DNA from: a virus | Lineage: Duplodnaviria; Heunggongvirae; Uroviricota; Caudoviricetes | Length of the DNA: 42,725 bases | IMG/VR virus record: IMGVR_UViG_2737471827_000006 | Location: 1-42,725 of that record | Strand: one strand, 5' to 3' | In this document: positions 17,286 through 28,224 of the stretch, piece by piece | Numbering within the stretch: the first letter of the stretch is position 1 | Layout of the letters: every line of letters starts with the position of its first letter | Notes under the pieces: model-generated | Told to the model about the DNA's origin: nothing | The model's input: the letters and a program-made list of their open reading frames with translations, nothing else | Databases searched by the model: none | Position numbers and translations under genes: made by a program

Positions 17286-17609
17286 ATGAAGATGCCAGAA
17301 AAACATGACCTGTTAGCCGCCATTCTCGCGGCAAAGGAACAAGGCATCGGGGCAATCCTTGCGTTTGCAATGGCGTACCTTCGCGGCAGATATAATGGCG
17401 GTGCGTTTACAAAAACAGTAATCGACGCAACGATGTGCGCCATTATCGCCTGGTTCATTCGTGACCTTCTCGACTTCGCCGGACTAAGTAGCAATCTCGC
17501 TTATATAACGAGCGTGTTCATCGGCTACATCGGTACTGACTCGATTGGTTCGCTTATCAAACGCTTCGCTGCTAAAAAAGCCGGAGTAGAAGATGGTGGA
17601 AATCAATAA
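17286..17609 (+). CDS. S: Holin S (dual-start S107/S105)
   Basis: 107 aa; [62 protein letters not shown]... near-identical to lambda S as I recall it, including the Met-Lys-Met dual start. Confidence 0.95.
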   Translation: MKMPEKHDLLAAILAAKEQGIGAILAFAMAYLRGRYNGGAFTKTVIDATMCAIIAWFIRDLLDFAGLSSNLAYITSVFIGYIGTDSIGSLIKRFAAKKAGVEDGGNQ

Positions 17610-18069
17610 TCAACGTAAGGCGTTCCTCGATATGCTGGCGTGGTCAGAGGGAACTGATAACGGACGTCAAAAAACCAGAAATCATGGTTATGACGTCATT
17701 GTTGGCGGAGAGCTATTCACTGATTACTCCGATCACCCTCGCAAACTTGTCACGCTAAACCCAAAACTCAAATCAACAGCAGCCGGTCGCTATCAGCTTC
17801 TTTCCCGTTGGTGGGATGCTTACCGTAAACAGCTTGGACTGAAAGATTTCTCTCCGAAAAGTCAGGACGCTGTGGCACTGCAACAGATTAAAGAGCGTGG
17901 CGCTTTACCGATGATTGATCGCGGTGATATTCGTCAGGCTATCGACCGTTGCAGCAATATCTGGGCTTCACTGCCTGGCGCTGGTTATGGTCAGTTCGAG
18001 CATAAGGCTGACAGCCTGATTGCAAAATTCAAAGAGGCTGGCGGAACGGTCAGAGAGATTGATGTATGA
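17593..18069 (+). CDS. R: Endolysin R (lytic transglycosylase)
   Basis: 158 aa; [49 protein letters not shown]... matches lambda R. Confidence 0.95.
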   Translation: MVEINNQRKAFLDMLAWSEGTDNGRQKTRNHGYDVIVGGELFTDYSDHPRKLVTLNPKLKSTAAGRYQLLSRWWDAYRKQLGLKDFSPKSQDAVALQQIKERGALPMIDRGDIRQAIDRCSNIWASLPGAGYGQFEHKADSLIAKFKEAGGTVREIDV

Positions 18070-18533
18070 GCAGAGTCACCGCGATTATCTCCGCTCTGGT
18101 TATCTGCATCATCGTCTGCCTGTCATGGGCGGTTAATCATTACCGTGATAACGCCATGACCTACAAAGAGCAGCGCGATAAAAAAGTCAGTGAACTGAAG
18201 CAGGCGACCGCCACCATTACTGACATGCAGCAGCGCCAGCGTACTGCTGATGCACTTGATGCTAAATACACGAAGGAGTTAGCTGATGCGAAAGCTGAAA
18301 ATGATGCTCTTCTGCGGAAGCTTGATAATGGTGGCAGGGTGCTCGTCAAAGGAAAATGCCCTGTGCCATCCTCAGACGAAACCTCCAGCGCCTCCGGCAT
18401 GGGCAATGATGCCACCGTCGAACTCTCTCCAGTTGCTGGACGAAACGTTCTCGATATCCGGGACGGAATTATCCGCGACCAAACAGCACTGAGAACGCTT
18501 CAGGAATACATCAGGACGCAATGCCTTCGATGA
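18066..18533 (+). CDS. Rz: Spanin inner-membrane subunit Rz
   Basis: 155 aa; N-terminal TM segment ([18 protein letters not shown]) and coiled-coil region resembling lambda Rz. Confidence 0.9.
   Translation: MSRVTAIISALVICIIVCLSWAVNHYRDNAMTYKEQRDKKVSELKQATATITDMQQRQRTADALDAKYTKELADAKAENDALLRKLDNGGRVLVKGKCPVPSSDETSSASGMGNDATVELSPVAGRNVLDIRDGIIRDQTALRTLQEYIRTQCLR
18286..18492 (+). CDS. Rz1: Spanin outer-membrane lipoprotein Rz1 (embedded in Rz, +1 frame)
   Basis: Lipoprotein signal with lipobox (LIMVAGCSS) and proline-rich segment KPPAPPAW; entirely inside Rz. Start may be 18301. Confidence 0.8.
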   Translation: MRKLKMMLFCGSLIMVAGCSSKENALCHPQTKPPAPPAWAMMPPSNSLQLLDETFSISGTELSATKQH

Positions 18534-18708
18534 TAGCGATAATTTTACTCATCATCCTTCACATCTGGCTCTGTAGACAGGGTGGTGATCACTTCTGGAG
18601 TAAATCCAGATTAAACATCTCATTGCTGATGCTTGATATTGAGCATCTGGCGCGCAGTAAGGGGCTGCGTTGAGATAAGAGCCAGTTCATTACAAATACC
18701 AGGATTTA

Positions 18709-18731
18709 GCCTCGCATTCGCGGGGCTTTTT
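18709..18731 (+). terminator. Intrinsic terminator downstream of the lysis genes
   Basis: 7-bp stem GCCTCGC/GCGGGGC (one G-U pair) with ATTC loop, followed by TTTTT. Confidence 0.55.
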
Positions 18732-18875
18732 ATATCTGAATTTCACAGCGCATCTCACGCGCATATTAACGAGAGCCTTTCAGTAAGCGAGCCTGAGAAA
18801 TGCCGTTATAGGTGGCGACCTCTCTCGGGCGGCTTTTCTGTGAGACAGGCTCACTTTCTAAAAGGTAAAGACGCT

Positions 18876-19394
18876 ATGAATCATCAATTGGCTAATCTCG
18901 ATTTCCGGGACATGGTGGTTGTTTCTGGTGATCGCGTGATCACAACCTCCCGCAAGGTAGCAGCTTACTTCGACAAGCAGCATCACCACATCATTCAGAA
19001 AATCGAAAAGCTAGACTGTTCGGATTAATTTCTAACCAGCAACTTTTCGCGGGTTACCTATGAACACAAGGGTAATCAGTATGTTGAATATGAAATTTCC
19101 AAAGACGGCGCGATGTACATCATCATGTCGTTTACCGGCAAAAAAGCTGCCGCCATCAAAGAGGCGTTTATCAAAGCATTTAATTGGATGCGTGACAGGC
19201 TGATGGAGATGGCTCACTCATACCAAAGAGAGCACAACGAGTTAATGCTGGAGTTCATGAAGGAAAAGGATGTTGCCAGTATGTCAGGACGCTTGCTGAA
19301 CCGCTGGGGCAGGATCAAAAAACCGCAACTCATAGCAAGAATCGAAAGGCTTGAGCAGCAGGCGCAAATATCGATCCCCGGACTGCCAAAGTGA
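18876..19394 (+). pseudogene. Rha-family phage regulatory protein interrupted by an in-frame TAA
   Basis: N-terminal Rha-like segment (MNHQLANLDFRDMVVVSGDRVITTSRKVAAYFDKQHHHIIQKIEKL) ends at TAA 19026-19028; the same frame continues with FSRVTYEHKGNQYVEYEISKDGAMYIIMSFTGKKAAAIKEAFIKAFNWM, the conserved Rha core. Confidence 0.6.
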
Positions 19395-19813
19395 CCATTC
19401 CAAAGCCCATCTACGGGTGGGCTTGATAATGAAACCGTGATTTACATCCCCACAATCCGGGTATGTAAAAGATAGTTCAGGCGAGAACAGATTTAACTAA
19501 ATCTGTGCACCACCAGTTGCGGCAGTACAGCGAAACAACCCAAGCCAGTAAGTGGGGAAATAACACTGGCAGCCACTGAAAGATGAACCTCCAGCCTTAT
19601 GGCAAAAAAGATTCTTTGTGGTGGCGGACTGATGGAAAGACATCGGTTATTGCAGAGACCATTCAATGAGTGGTCTCGACAATGGCTTATACCCTACACG
19701 GGATAACTTAACTGATATCCCCACAAGCGGATAAAGAGATTCTCAATGTCAGGAATCTACTTTTAGTCCTAGTAATGATGAACTAGATATCAGTTGAGTC
19801 GCTTGGGTGGTGA

Positions 19814-20050
19814 TTACGATTCTGCTTCAAACTCAGAAATTAGTTGATGAACACGTTCAGTATATGATGGGTTAGAACCTAGAAACTCTTCCACTGTCTG
19901 AATGGTTTCATCACCCTCCCATTCAAAATGGCTCACAGGCGACGAATGACCAGCCCTGACTTGGTAGGAGCCATTGTCCAATTTGTCCAGGAATATATAA
20001 GTTTCATTATCATGACCTGTATTTCGGTAAAAAATTTGCTTTGAGTTCAT
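19814..20050 (-). CDS. Hypothetical small protein between lysis and terminase modules
   Basis: 78 aa; GAGGA RBS 8 nt upstream; antisense to the late operon; AT-rich. Confidence 0.55.
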   Translation of the reverse strand: MNSKQIFYRNTGHDNETYIFLDKLDNGSYQVRAGHSSPVSHFEWEGDETIQTVEEFLGSNPSYTERVHQLISEFEAES

Positions 20051-20074
20051 TAAAGAAATCCTCTAGAGAAAACT

Positions 20075-20626
20075 ATGGCACTCACCGACAAGCAAGAAAT
20101 GTTCTGTCGCGAGTACCTCATCGATTTAAACGCCACACAAGCGGCTATTCGGGCGGGGTACAGCGCAAAGACAGCTAACCGTACCGCATCCGAAAACCTG
20201 TCAAAACCTGACATCAAGTTAAGAATCGCCGAACTGAAAGCGCAACGCAATGATCTTATTGGTATTAATGCAGAATATGTACTTAATCGCCTTATTGAAA
20301 TCGACCAGATGGATGTGCTCGACATTCTCCTGCAAAACGGTGAGCTAAAGCCCATTAAAGACTGGCCTAAGGTATGGCGCACAACGCTATCAGGAATGGA
20401 TGTCGTGGAGATGGCATCCGCAGATAGCGCCGCACTTCTGAAGAAAATCAAATGGCCTGATAAGGTTAAAAACCTTGAATTGCTCGGGCGTCATGTTTCT
20501 GTTCAGGCGTTTAAAGACAATGTCAAAAATGAAGTGACTGGTGCTGACGGAGGACCAGTCAGAACAGAAATTACCAACTTAACGCCGGAGCAGGCTGCAG
20601 AGGCGTATAGAAAAATGATGGGCTAA
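20075..20626 (+). CDS. Terminase small subunit (Terminase_2-like)
   Basis: 183 aa; N-terminus [30 protein letters not shown] is the characteristic TerS HTH start. Confidence 0.85.
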   Translation: MALTDKQEMFCREYLIDLNATQAAIRAGYSAKTANRTASENLSKPDIKLRIAELKAQRNDLIGINAEYVLNRLIEIDQMDVLDILLQNGELKPIKDWPKVWRTTLSGMDVVEMASADSAALLKKIKWPDKVKNLELLGRHVSVQAFKDNVKNEVTGADGGPVRTEITNLTPEQAAEAYRKMMG

Positions 20627-20628
20627 GT

Positions 20629-22251
20629 ATGCCGTTACCATTCCCCTTCGATTTTAAACATCCTGATTACCAGATGGTTTTTGAATGGCGGATGGAACGC
20701 CTACAGCGCATTCGCCAGAATCCTGAAATATTGCCTGCACTAAAACAGTTTTACCGAACCAATCCGGCTCAGTTCATCATCGACTGGGGCATGACAACGG
20801 ACCCGCGTAATATTGATTATGGCCTGCCGGTGACCATTCCGTTTTTACTCTTCCCTAAGCAGGAGGAGTGGATCCACTGGATTATGGAACGCTGGGGTAA
20901 TCGGGAGAATGGTATTACCGAAAAATCCCGTGAAATGGGGCTCAGTTGGACCGCGATCGGACTGGCCTGCTCGCTTTGTCTCTTCAACAAAGAAATGGTT
21001 ATCGGTTTCGGCTCCCGTAAAGAGGAATACGTCGACAGCACCGGTGACCCGAAAGCATTGTTCTGGAAGGCGCGCAAGTTCGTGGAAACACTACCTGTAG
21101 AGTTTCGAGGTTCGTGGGACGAAAAGAAGCACGCACCATACATGCGCGTTGAGTTTCCTGAAACTGGTGCCGTTATCAAAGGTGAGGCTGGCGATAATAT
21201 TGGCCGTGGTGACCGTACCACGCTTTATCTGGTTGATGAGGCTGCATTCCTTCAGCGTCCTCTGCTGATTGATGCGGCGTTGTCACAAACGACGCGTTGC
21301 CGTATTGACCTGAGTTCAGTTAACGGCATGGCGAACCCGTTCGCTCAGAAGCGTCATGGCGGGAAGATACCGGTATTCACATTCCACTGGCGGGATGATC
21401 CTCGCAAGGATGAAGAGTGGTATCGCAGGGAATGCGAGAAAATCGACAATCCGGTGGTGGTGGCACAGGAACTTGACCTGAACTACAGCGCATCAGCGGA
21501 AGGCGTCCTGATTCCATCCGAATGGGTACAGGCTGCCGTTGATGCACATATCAAACTGGGGATCCAGCCAACAGGCAAACGACTTGGCGCGATGGATGTC
21601 GCCGACGAAGGCAGGGACAAAAATGCCTTTTCCACCCGTCATGGCTTCCTCCTGGAGAATGTGCGGGAATGGTCCGGTGTGGGCAGCGACATTTATCAGT
21701 CCGTCGAGAAGGTCTTCGGTTTTTGCGAACAGGACAACCTCGAAGAGTTTCGCTTTGATGAGGACGGGCTGGGCGCTGGCGTTCGCGGCGATGCACGCGC
21801 TATCAACGAACAGCGTAACGCTGCGCGTCTACCGTCAATACTCGCTACACCGTTTCGCGGTAGCGGCGCGGTGTTTGATCCGGACGACGAAGCGGTGCGC
21901 GGTGACAACGGGCAAGCCGCACGTCTGAACAAGGACTTCTTCGCTAACGCCAAAGCCCAGAGCTGGTGGCGGTTACGTAAACTTTTTCAGAATACCTGGC
22001 GCGCCGTGGTTGAAGGTATGGCTTACAACCCGGACGAAATCATCTCAATCAGCAGTAGCATGGCACTCAAAGATAAACTCATCATCGAGCTTTCGCAGCC
22101 GACCTATTCCATTAATGGTGTGGGAAAAATCGTTATTGATAAACAGCCTGATGGAACCCGATCGCCAAACCTTGCCGACTCGGTGATGATCAACTATGCC
22201 CCAATGAATTCAGCCCTGAACATCTGGGAGCTGCTAGGGAGACAGGCCTGA
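20629..22251 (+). CDS. Terminase large subunit
   Basis: 540 aa immediately after TerS; Walker B-like [11 protein letters not shown]; size and position typical. Confidence 0.8.
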   Translation: MPLPFPFDFKHPDYQMVFEWRMERLQRIRQNPEILPALKQFYRTNPAQFIIDWGMTTDPRNIDYGLPVTIPFLLFPKQEEWIHWIMERWGNRENGITEKSREMGLSWTAIGLACSLCLFNKEMVIGFGSRKEEYVDSTGDPKALFWKARKFVETLPVEFRGSWDEKKHAPYMRVEFPETGAVIKGEAGDNIGRGDRTTLYLVDEAAFLQRPLLIDAALSQTTRCRIDLSSVNGMANPFAQKRHGGKIPVFTFHWRDDPRKDEEWYRRECEKIDNPVVVAQELDLNYSASAEGVLIPSEWVQAAVDAHIKLGIQPTGKRLGAMDVADEGRDKNAFSTRHGFLLENVREWSGVGSDIYQSVEKVFGFCEQDNLEEFRFDEDGLGAGVRGDARAINEQRNAARLPSILATPFRGSGAVFDPDDEAVRGDNGQAARLNKDFFANAKAQSWWRLRKLFQNTWRAVVEGMAYNPDEIISISSSMALKDKLIIELSQPTYSINGVGKIVIDKQPDGTRSPNLADSVMINYAPMNSALNIWELLGRQA

Positions 22252-23717
22252 TGGCACGAAACAAACAAGCCCTGCGGCGAACTGCGCAGGCCACCGCTGA
22301 TGGCTATGAGAACTTTATTGCCCGCGTAGGGATGCAGACGCCTAACCAGCACTCAGCATCGACCTACCGGGCTAACTTCACCAGCCGCAACCGCATGCTG
22401 GTGGAATGGTCCTATCGTTCGTCCTGGATCATCGGCGAAGCGGTCGACGCTATCCCGGACGATATGACCCGGAAAGGCATTCGCATCACTTCGGAGATTG
22501 ACGCCAAAGACCGTGGCACCCTGGAAGCGCAGCTGGATGAGTTGCAGATCTGGGATGCGCTGAACGACGTGCTGAAATGGTCGCGCCTCTACGGCGGCGC
22601 GGTCGGCTTCATCATGATCGAGGGGCAGGCACCAATGACCCCGCTGCGGCTCGAAACCATTGGAGAAGGCAAGTTTAAGGGCATTCTCCCGCTCGACCGC
22701 TGGATGATTAACCCGGTGCTGACCCGCCGCATTAAAGATATGGGGCCGGACCTGGGTAAACCTGAGTTTTACGACGTGGTGACCACTGCAACGGGCATCC
22801 CGGCCTGGCGCATCCATCACAGCCGCCTGATTCGCTTCGATGGCGTCACGCTGCCATTCCAGCAGAAGATGACCGAAAACGAATGGGGAATGTCGGTTGT
22901 AGAGCGTATCTGGGATCGGCTTACTGCGTTCGACAGCGCTACTGTCGGCGCGGCGCAGCTGGTCTACAAGGCGCATTTGCGTACCTACAGCGTGGAGAAG
23001 CTACGCGAGCTTATCGCACTTGGTGGTCCTGCGTATGAAGCGTTGCTGAAGAATATCGACCTGATTCGACAGTTCCAGAGCAATGAAGGCATGACGCTCA
23101 TGGACTCGCGGGATAAGTTTGAAACGCATCAGTACAGCTTCAGTGGTCTGGATGACATCCTTTCGCAGTTTGCAGAACAGATTAGTGGCGCTGTTGGTAT
23201 TCCGCTGGTGCGCCTTTTCGGGCAGTCCCCGAAGGGATTTTCTACCGGCGATGCAGACCTTGCCAACTATTACGACCGGGTGAGCTCGTTGCAGGAACGC
23301 CGCTTACGGATGCCGATGCGTCGGATACTGGACATTATGCACCGCTCGGAACTCGGTAAGCCGCTGCCGGACGATTTCACGTTTGAGTTTAACCCGCTAT
23401 GGCAAATGTCTGACGTTGACCGCTCAACGGTGGCCGTAAACACCACCAACGCGATCAGCACCGCGCTGGGCGACGGATTGATGACGCGTAAGGCGGCAAT
23501 GACCGACCTGCGCGAAAACTCTGACGTCACCGGCATCGGGGCATCCATTACCGACGAGGACATAGAGAATGCCGAAGACGAAGCGCCGCCAGGCATCGGC
23601 GAACTTGGCGACAAACCGCCAGAGTCGCCAGGCGGAAATCCGATATCGAACGAGCCTACGGCAGATAGCGCGGGCGGTCGGGGATATCGTAAATGGGCGC
23701 TACGATGGTTCAAATGA
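22251..23717 (+). CDS. Portal protein
   Basis: 488 aa following TerL; acidic disordered C-terminus; position and size typical. Confidence 0.75.
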   Translation: MARNKQALRRTAQATADGYENFIARVGMQTPNQHSASTYRANFTSRNRMLVEWSYRSSWIIGEAVDAIPDDMTRKGIRITSEIDAKDRGTLEAQLDELQIWDALNDVLKWSRLYGGAVGFIMIEGQAPMTPLRLETIGEGKFKGILPLDRWMINPVLTRRIKDMGPDLGKPEFYDVVTTATGIPAWRIHHSRLIRFDGVTLPFQQKMTENEWGMSVVERIWDRLTAFDSATVGAAQLVYKAHLRTYSVEKLRELIALGGPAYEALLKNIDLIRQFQSNEGMTLMDSRDKFETHQYSFSGLDDILSQFAEQISGAVGIPLVRLFGQSPKGFSTGDADLANYYDRVSSLQERRLRMPMRRILDIMHRSELGKPLPDDFTFEFNPLWQMSDVDRSTVAVNTTNAISTALGDGLMTRKAAMTDLRENSDVTGIGASITDEDIENAEDEAPPGIGELGDKPPESPGGNPISNEPTADSAGGRGYRKWALRWFK

Positions 23718-24342
23718 TAGCGTTACCGAAATAATGGATGCGCTGGAGCGCTACAGCGAAATCATCACCCCCTGGGCGACGAAGGTTGCTGAGAACTTTA
23801 CCGCCGACATTGCACGCCAGAATGAAAAGCAGTGGCGTCAGCACAGCAGGAACATCAGCGCAGAGCTGCGCAACATGGTCGACCGCGCCCCGGTAGGCCA
23901 GGTGATGAAATCCATCGTCGCCGAGCAAATTAAGTACATCAAGTCACTGCCTCTTGAGGCCGCCGATCGGGTGTATGACATTCAGAACAAGGCCATCGAG
24001 GCCGTTGTGTCTGGTGGCCGCGCTGAACCATTCGCGAAAGAGATAGCAGCGTCCGGTGACGTGTCACGCTCACGAGCGAACCTTATCGCCCGTACCGAGC
24101 TTGGACGTGCAACCGGCGCGCTGGATCAGGCGCGTGCGCTGTCAATCGGCTCGAATGGTTATATCTGGCGTACAGCCGAAGATGGCGACGTCCGGCATTC
24201 TCATCGGGAGATGGAAGGTAAGTTTGTCGAATGGGGCAAACCTCCAACGCTTGATGGCATGACCGGTCACGCTGGCGAGCTCCCGAATTGTCGCTGTTAT
24301 AAAGAAATCGTTTTTCCCAACCCTCATTCTTATCTCGCCTGA
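23569..24342 (+). CDS. Head morphogenesis protein (Mu gpF / SPP1 gp7-like)
   Basis: 257 aa; GAGGA RBS before ATG at 23569; overlaps the portal 3' end by about 149 nt in another frame (alternative start ATG 23734). Confidence 0.65.
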   Translation: MPKTKRRQASANLATNRQSRQAEIRYRTSLRQIARAVGDIVNGRYDGSNDSVTEIMDALERYSEIITPWATKVAENFTADIARQNEKQWRQHSRNISAELRNMVDRAPVGQVMKSIVAEQIKYIKSLPLEAADRVYDIQNKAIEAVVSGGRAEPFAKEIAASGDVSRSRANLIARTELGRATGALDQARALSIGSNGYIWRTAEDGDVRHSHREMEGKFVEWGKPPTLDGMTGHAGELPNCRCYKEIVFPNPHSYLA

Positions 24343-24356
24343 ATCGCAGGTAAACC

Positions 24357-25577
24357 ATGAAATATTTTTTCAATACCCGGCTGGGGGAAACCCGCTATCA
24401 GCTGGCTGACGGCTCGCTGCTGTGCAAAGACGTGCCGATAGGTCGAACGGGTAAGCAGCTCTACGGCGCTGCCGATCTGCCAAACCTCAAACCCGACAAG
24501 CTCGGTGAGATAGTCGTAACGCGTTCTCCTGAGCAGGTATTCCATCCGGCCACGCTCGCCTCATTCGAAGGGATGAGCATCACGATCCTGCATCCTGAAG
24601 ATGAAAACGGGAATGTGCGGCTGGTAAATCCCGAGAACTGGAAAGAGCTTGCGGTCGGGCACCTCCAGAATGTCCGGCGCGGGACGGGTGAGCAGTCTGA
24701 TTTGATGCTGGCTGACCTTATCGTCAAAGACGAAAACGCCATTCAGCTTATCGAAGATGGCCTGCGTGAAGTGTCGTGCGGCTATGACGCGGAGTACGAG
24801 CAGACCGAGCCAGGTAAAGCCGAGCAGGTCGATATTACCGGAAACCATGTGGCTCTTGTCCCCAAAGGCAGAGCCGGAAATCGTTGTGCAATTGGAGACA
24901 GAGACACAATGGCAAATCAAAAGAAAAACTGGTGGAACCGCATGCGTGCAGCCATCAAGACAGGAGATGCCGACACCATGAACGAACTGGTGGAGTCGGC
25001 TCCCGCATCGGTTACAGGAGATGAGGGGGATTTGCCGCAGGGCGTTAATCTCAACATCAACCTGTCCCCGCAGCAACCACTACCGGACAAAGCACCAGAG
25101 ATGGGTGGAGGTCCAACCGGCGACAGTGATGATGACCTCAAAACATTACTGAAAGCCCTGCTGGCTAAGCTGGAAGGAAATGCGACGGGCGATAACGACA
25201 ATAAGCCTGACGATAATCCGACCGGTGACGGCGAGGACGATGAAGAGGAAACCACGATTACTGGTGACTCAGCCTGGCGTGCCGAAGTTATCGTTCCGGG
25301 TATCGATCTGAGCCGTAAGATGAAACCGACCGCGTTCAAACGCGAGGTTCTGGCTTCCGCAGATAAAACGCTGGTTCGCCAGATCGTCGGTGATGCGGAT
25401 ATCCGCAAATTGCCGAAACAATCGGTCGACATGGCGTTTAATGCCGTGTCTGAGATTGCCAAAGGGCGAAACACCCGCGCCACCACCGGCGATGCACAGC
25501 GCCAAAATATGGGCATGACCAGCATCGCTTCCCTGAACAAACAAAACGCCGAATTCTGGTCTAACCGCAAAGGATAA
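24357..25577 (+). CDS. Putative prohead protease / scaffolding protein
   Basis: 406 aa; long acidic low-complexity linker (GDSDDDLK...GDGEDDEEETT) typical of scaffolds; located between MuF-like and capsid genes. Confidence 0.5.
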   Translation: MKYFFNTRLGETRYQLADGSLLCKDVPIGRTGKQLYGAADLPNLKPDKLGEIVVTRSPEQVFHPATLASFEGMSITILHPEDENGNVRLVNPENWKELAVGHLQNVRRGTGEQSDLMLADLIVKDENAIQLIEDGLREVSCGYDAEYEQTEPGKAEQVDITGNHVALVPKGRAGNRCAIGDRDTMANQKKNWWNRMRAAIKTGDADTMNELVESAPASVTGDEGDLPQGVNLNINLSPQQPLPDKAPEMGGGPTGDSDDDLKTLLKALLAKLEGNATGDNDNKPDDNPTGDGEDDEEETTITGDSAWRAEVIVPGIDLSRKMKPTAFKREVLASADKTLVRQIVGDADIRKLPKQSVDMAFNAVSEIAKGRNTRATTGDAQRQNMGMTSIASLNKQNAEFWSNRKG

Positions 25578-25581
25578 TCCA

Positions 25582-26085
25582 ATGACTGCATATCTGTACC
25601 GGATGCCTGTTGGCATTGCCGGGGCTATCTCTCGCCCGCAGGACTTAACCGTCGAACCGGTGGTCCTTAAATCCGATAACGCCTTCGCTGCCTATGGGCT
25701 GGCTGGTAAATACGATGATGACGGTTTTTTCGTGCCGCTGGCAGATGGTGATACCGCAGACAAGGTGAAGGGGATCTATGTGCGCCCTTATCCGACCACT
25801 TCGCAGCCGGACATGGTTCGCCAGGTGGGGAGTGGCAAGAACTTCCCGGGCGACGCAATGAAGCGTGGCTACGTGACCGTTAATCTCGGTTCTGATTTTG
25901 ATGCCAGCACCATCAAAAAAGGCGACCCGGTATACGTTGTCGTCTCCACTGATGAATCCATCAAAGTGCCGCTGGGTGGATTCATGGCCACGTCAGTCAG
26001 TGGCAAAAACGTGGTGCTGACCAACGCTGAATTCACAGGTGCCGGTGATGCTAACGGCAATGCAGAAATTTCCTGGAAGATTTAA
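25582..26085 (+). CDS. Putative head structural / decoration protein
   Basis: 167 aa, Gly/Val-rich, immediately before the major capsid gene; assignment by position only. Confidence 0.4.
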   Translation: MTAYLYRMPVGIAGAISRPQDLTVEPVVLKSDNAFAAYGLAGKYDDDGFFVPLADGDTADKVKGIYVRPYPTTSQPDMVRQVGSGKNFPGDAMKRGYVTVNLGSDFDASTIKKGDPVYVVVSTDESIKVPLGGFMATSVSGKNVVLTNAEFTGAGDANGNAEISWKI

Positions 26086-26096
26086 GGAACAGACGA

Positions 26097-27038
26097 ATGA
26101 TTACTTTTGATCAGGCAACCGTTGACAGCTCTGGTGCCTTTCTCATCGGGGAGCTGGAACGACTCGACCAGACGCTGAACCTGCCACTGGTGGGGTACAC
26201 CTGGACCCGCGATATCCAACTGCGTGAAGATGTCTCCATCGCAGATGACATTTCCAGCTGGACGAATACCAGCTTCGCCGCTGCGGGTACTGGCGCAAAT
26301 CCGAATGGCAAAAACTGGGTAGGCAAAGACTCAACCGCTATTGCTGGCGTGAACGTGGATATCGGCAAATCCGGTAACCCGCTGAACCTGTGGGGGATGG
26401 AACTTGGCTGGACGGTCATAGAATTGCAGGCTGCTCAGCAGGTCGGACGCCCGATTGATACGCAGAAGTATGACGGGATGCAACTGAAATGGCAGATGGA
26501 TAACGATGAACAGGTGTATGTTGGCGATTCCGCATTAAACCTGAAAGGCCTTGTTACCCTGAACGGTGTTCCTGTCAACAACGCTGCCAAAACGTGGGCA
26601 ACCTCAACACCGGACGAAATCCGCGCAAGCATTAACCAGGTGCTGTCTGATGCGTGGGCCGCTTCTGGTTACTCTGTGGTTCCGCGTGATTTGCTGATCC
26701 CACCTGAGCAGTTTGCTCTGTTGTCCAGCATCATCGTTTCATCTGCGGGTAACCAGTCCCTGTTGACGTACCTTCAGACCAACACCATCAGCTATCACCA
26801 GAACGGTGTTCCGCTGAATATCCGCGCGGTTAAATGGCTGAAAGGCCGTGGTGTGGGGAATAAGGATCGCATGGTTGCGTACACCAACGATAAAAAATAC
26901 GTCCGCTACCCGCTGGTTCCGCTTCAGAGCGTGCCGGTGCAGTATCGCGGTCTGTATCAGATCGTCACTTACTACGGCAAGCTGGGTGCAGTCGAGCCAG
27001 TGTACAAAGAAACCATTTCGTACGTTGATGGCATTTAA
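26097..27038 (+). CDS. Major capsid protein
   Basis: 313 aa; position after scaffold; size and composition consistent with a major capsid protein. Confidence 0.65.
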   Translation: MITFDQATVDSSGAFLIGELERLDQTLNLPLVGYTWTRDIQLREDVSIADDISSWTNTSFAAAGTGANPNGKNWVGKDSTAIAGVNVDIGKSGNPLNLWGMELGWTVIELQAAQQVGRPIDTQKYDGMQLKWQMDNDEQVYVGDSALNLKGLVTLNGVPVNNAAKTWATSTPDEIRASINQVLSDAWAASGYSVVPRDLLIPPEQFALLSSIIVSSAGNQSLLTYLQTNTISYHQNGVPLNIRAVKWLKGRGVGNKDRMVAYTNDKKYVRYPLVPLQSVPVQYRGLYQIVTYYGKLGAVEPVYKETISYVDGI

Positions 27039-27078
27039 CAGCCACATGGCCCCTGGCGGGGCCATTAAGGATGACCTG

Positions 27079-27300
27079 ATGGCAAAAAATAATGCAGTAA
27101 TACACGTACATACCCCGTTTGTGCTCACGCTTCCCGACGGTTCACGGCGCGAGTTTCTTAAAGGCCGTCATGCTGTGGAGGAAGACGTTGCCACGCACTG
27201 GTTCACTCGTGCGCACGCGGAGGTATCCGTTGGCAAAGCCACAGACGCGCGTAACGAGGTAAAAAATGCCAAAGAATCAAAGTCTGCCAGCGGTAAGTGA
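27079..27300 (+). CDS. Hypothetical head-associated protein
   Basis: 73 aa from internal ATG (AAGGA 7 nt upstream); track ORF start overlaps the capsid gene. Confidence 0.4.
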   Translation: MAKNNAVIHVHTPFVLTLPDGSRREFLKGRHAVEEDVATHWFTRAHAEVSVGKATDARNEVKNAKESKSASGK

Positions 27301-27673
27301 TTTTCGCCGCGACTTCCCGCAGTTTGCTGACCCTGCCAAATATCCCGAAGCGCAAATCCAGTTTCGTCTGAATCTGGCCGATGAACTGCTGAGCGAAAAC
27401 GTCACCGGCAAAAAGTTGTTTCCGTACTTTGCCGGATTGTTCGTTGCACACTACATGACACTCTGGGCGGCAGACAGCCGGGCGATGCTGGCTGGCGGTC
27501 CGGGCGGTTCAACCAATGGTGTTCAGTCCTCAAAGTCCGTGGATAAGGTAAGCGTCAGCTATGACACCAGCGCGACGCTAAACCATGACGCAGGCTTCTG
27601 GAATAACACCCGATATGGCGCTGAATTTTATCAGCTGATCACGATGTTCGGTGCGGGCGGTCGCCAGCTATGA
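27266..27673 (+). CDS. Hypothetical head-tail joining protein
   Basis: 135 aa ORF in the structural operon with short overlaps. Confidence 0.45.
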   Translation: MPKNQSLPAVSDFRRDFPQFADPAKYPEAQIQFRLNLADELLSENVTGKKLFPYFAGLFVAHYMTLWAADSRAMLAGGPGGSTNGVQSSKSVDKVSVSYDTSATLNHDAGFWNNTRYGAEFYQLITMFGAGGRQL

Positions 27674-28224
27674 GCTTCAAAAGCGGTGTAACAACGAGGG
27701 TGGATAACGCTCAGGCCATTCTGGATGCGCTCAAATCCATCAGTAAAAAAGAAGTGCTGGTGGGTATCCCGGAAGCAGACAGCGAGCGTGAGGATGTTCC
27801 GTTTGGTAATGCCGGGATCGGTTACCTCAACGAATACGGCTCGCCAGCGCAAAACATCCCCCCACGCCCGCACCTGATCCCCGGCGTTAAATCGGTAGAG
27901 GAACAGACGTTGCCGCAGCTCAAAACAGCGGCGCAGGCTGCGCTTGATGGAAATGCGGCGGGGGCGGAAAGAGCGCTCAACCGCGCCGGAACGCTGGCCG
28001 CTAATGGCGTCAGGCGTTACATGACTATTACCGGCTTTACACCGCTTGCTGATAGCACCGTTGAAGCCCGCGCGCGTCGAGGGCGTAAAGGGGCGAAAGC
28101 GGAGCTTGCCCGACGCGCTGCTGGCGAGTCCCCCGGAACCGATCTGGTGAAACCGCTAATCGACACCGGGCAATATCGCAGAGCGATTACCCATGTTGTG
28201 AGGGATAAAGATGCCGACTCTTGA
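27670..28224 (+). CDS. Hypothetical structural protein
   Basis: 184 aa; ATGA-type coupling with neighbours. Confidence 0.45.
   Translation: MSFKSGVTTRVDNAQAILDALKSISKKEVLVGIPEADSEREDVPFGNAGIGYLNEYGSPAQNIPPRPHLIPGVKSVEEQTLPQLKTAAQAALDGNAAGAERALNRAGTLAANGVRRYMTITGFTPLADSTVEARARRGRKGAKAELARRAAGESPGTDLVKPLIDTGQYRRAITHVVRDKDADS

Noticed and set aside
18633-18875. N-terminal extension of the Rha ORF (track ORF 18633..19028 begins at 18633)
   Set aside because: The first 81 codons run through an intrinsic terminator hairpin and have no Rha similarity; the ATG at 18876 with an upstream AAGG motif is the more plausible start.
19395-20074. Lambda-type cos site between the lysis genes and terminase
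   Set aside because: I found no sequence resembling the lambda cosN/cosB region (GGGCGGCGACCT...), and the terminase here is not the lambda Nu1/A type; the packaging signal is therefore unassigned.
20817-25591. Multiple antisense or alternative-frame ORFs inside terminase, portal and scaffold genes (for example 20817..21221, 21551..21953, 22353..22976, 23270..23713, 24917..25591)
   Set aside because: They are fully embedded in longer, well-supported genes on the other strand or frame and have Arg/Ser/Pro-rich composition typical of GC-rich alternative frames.
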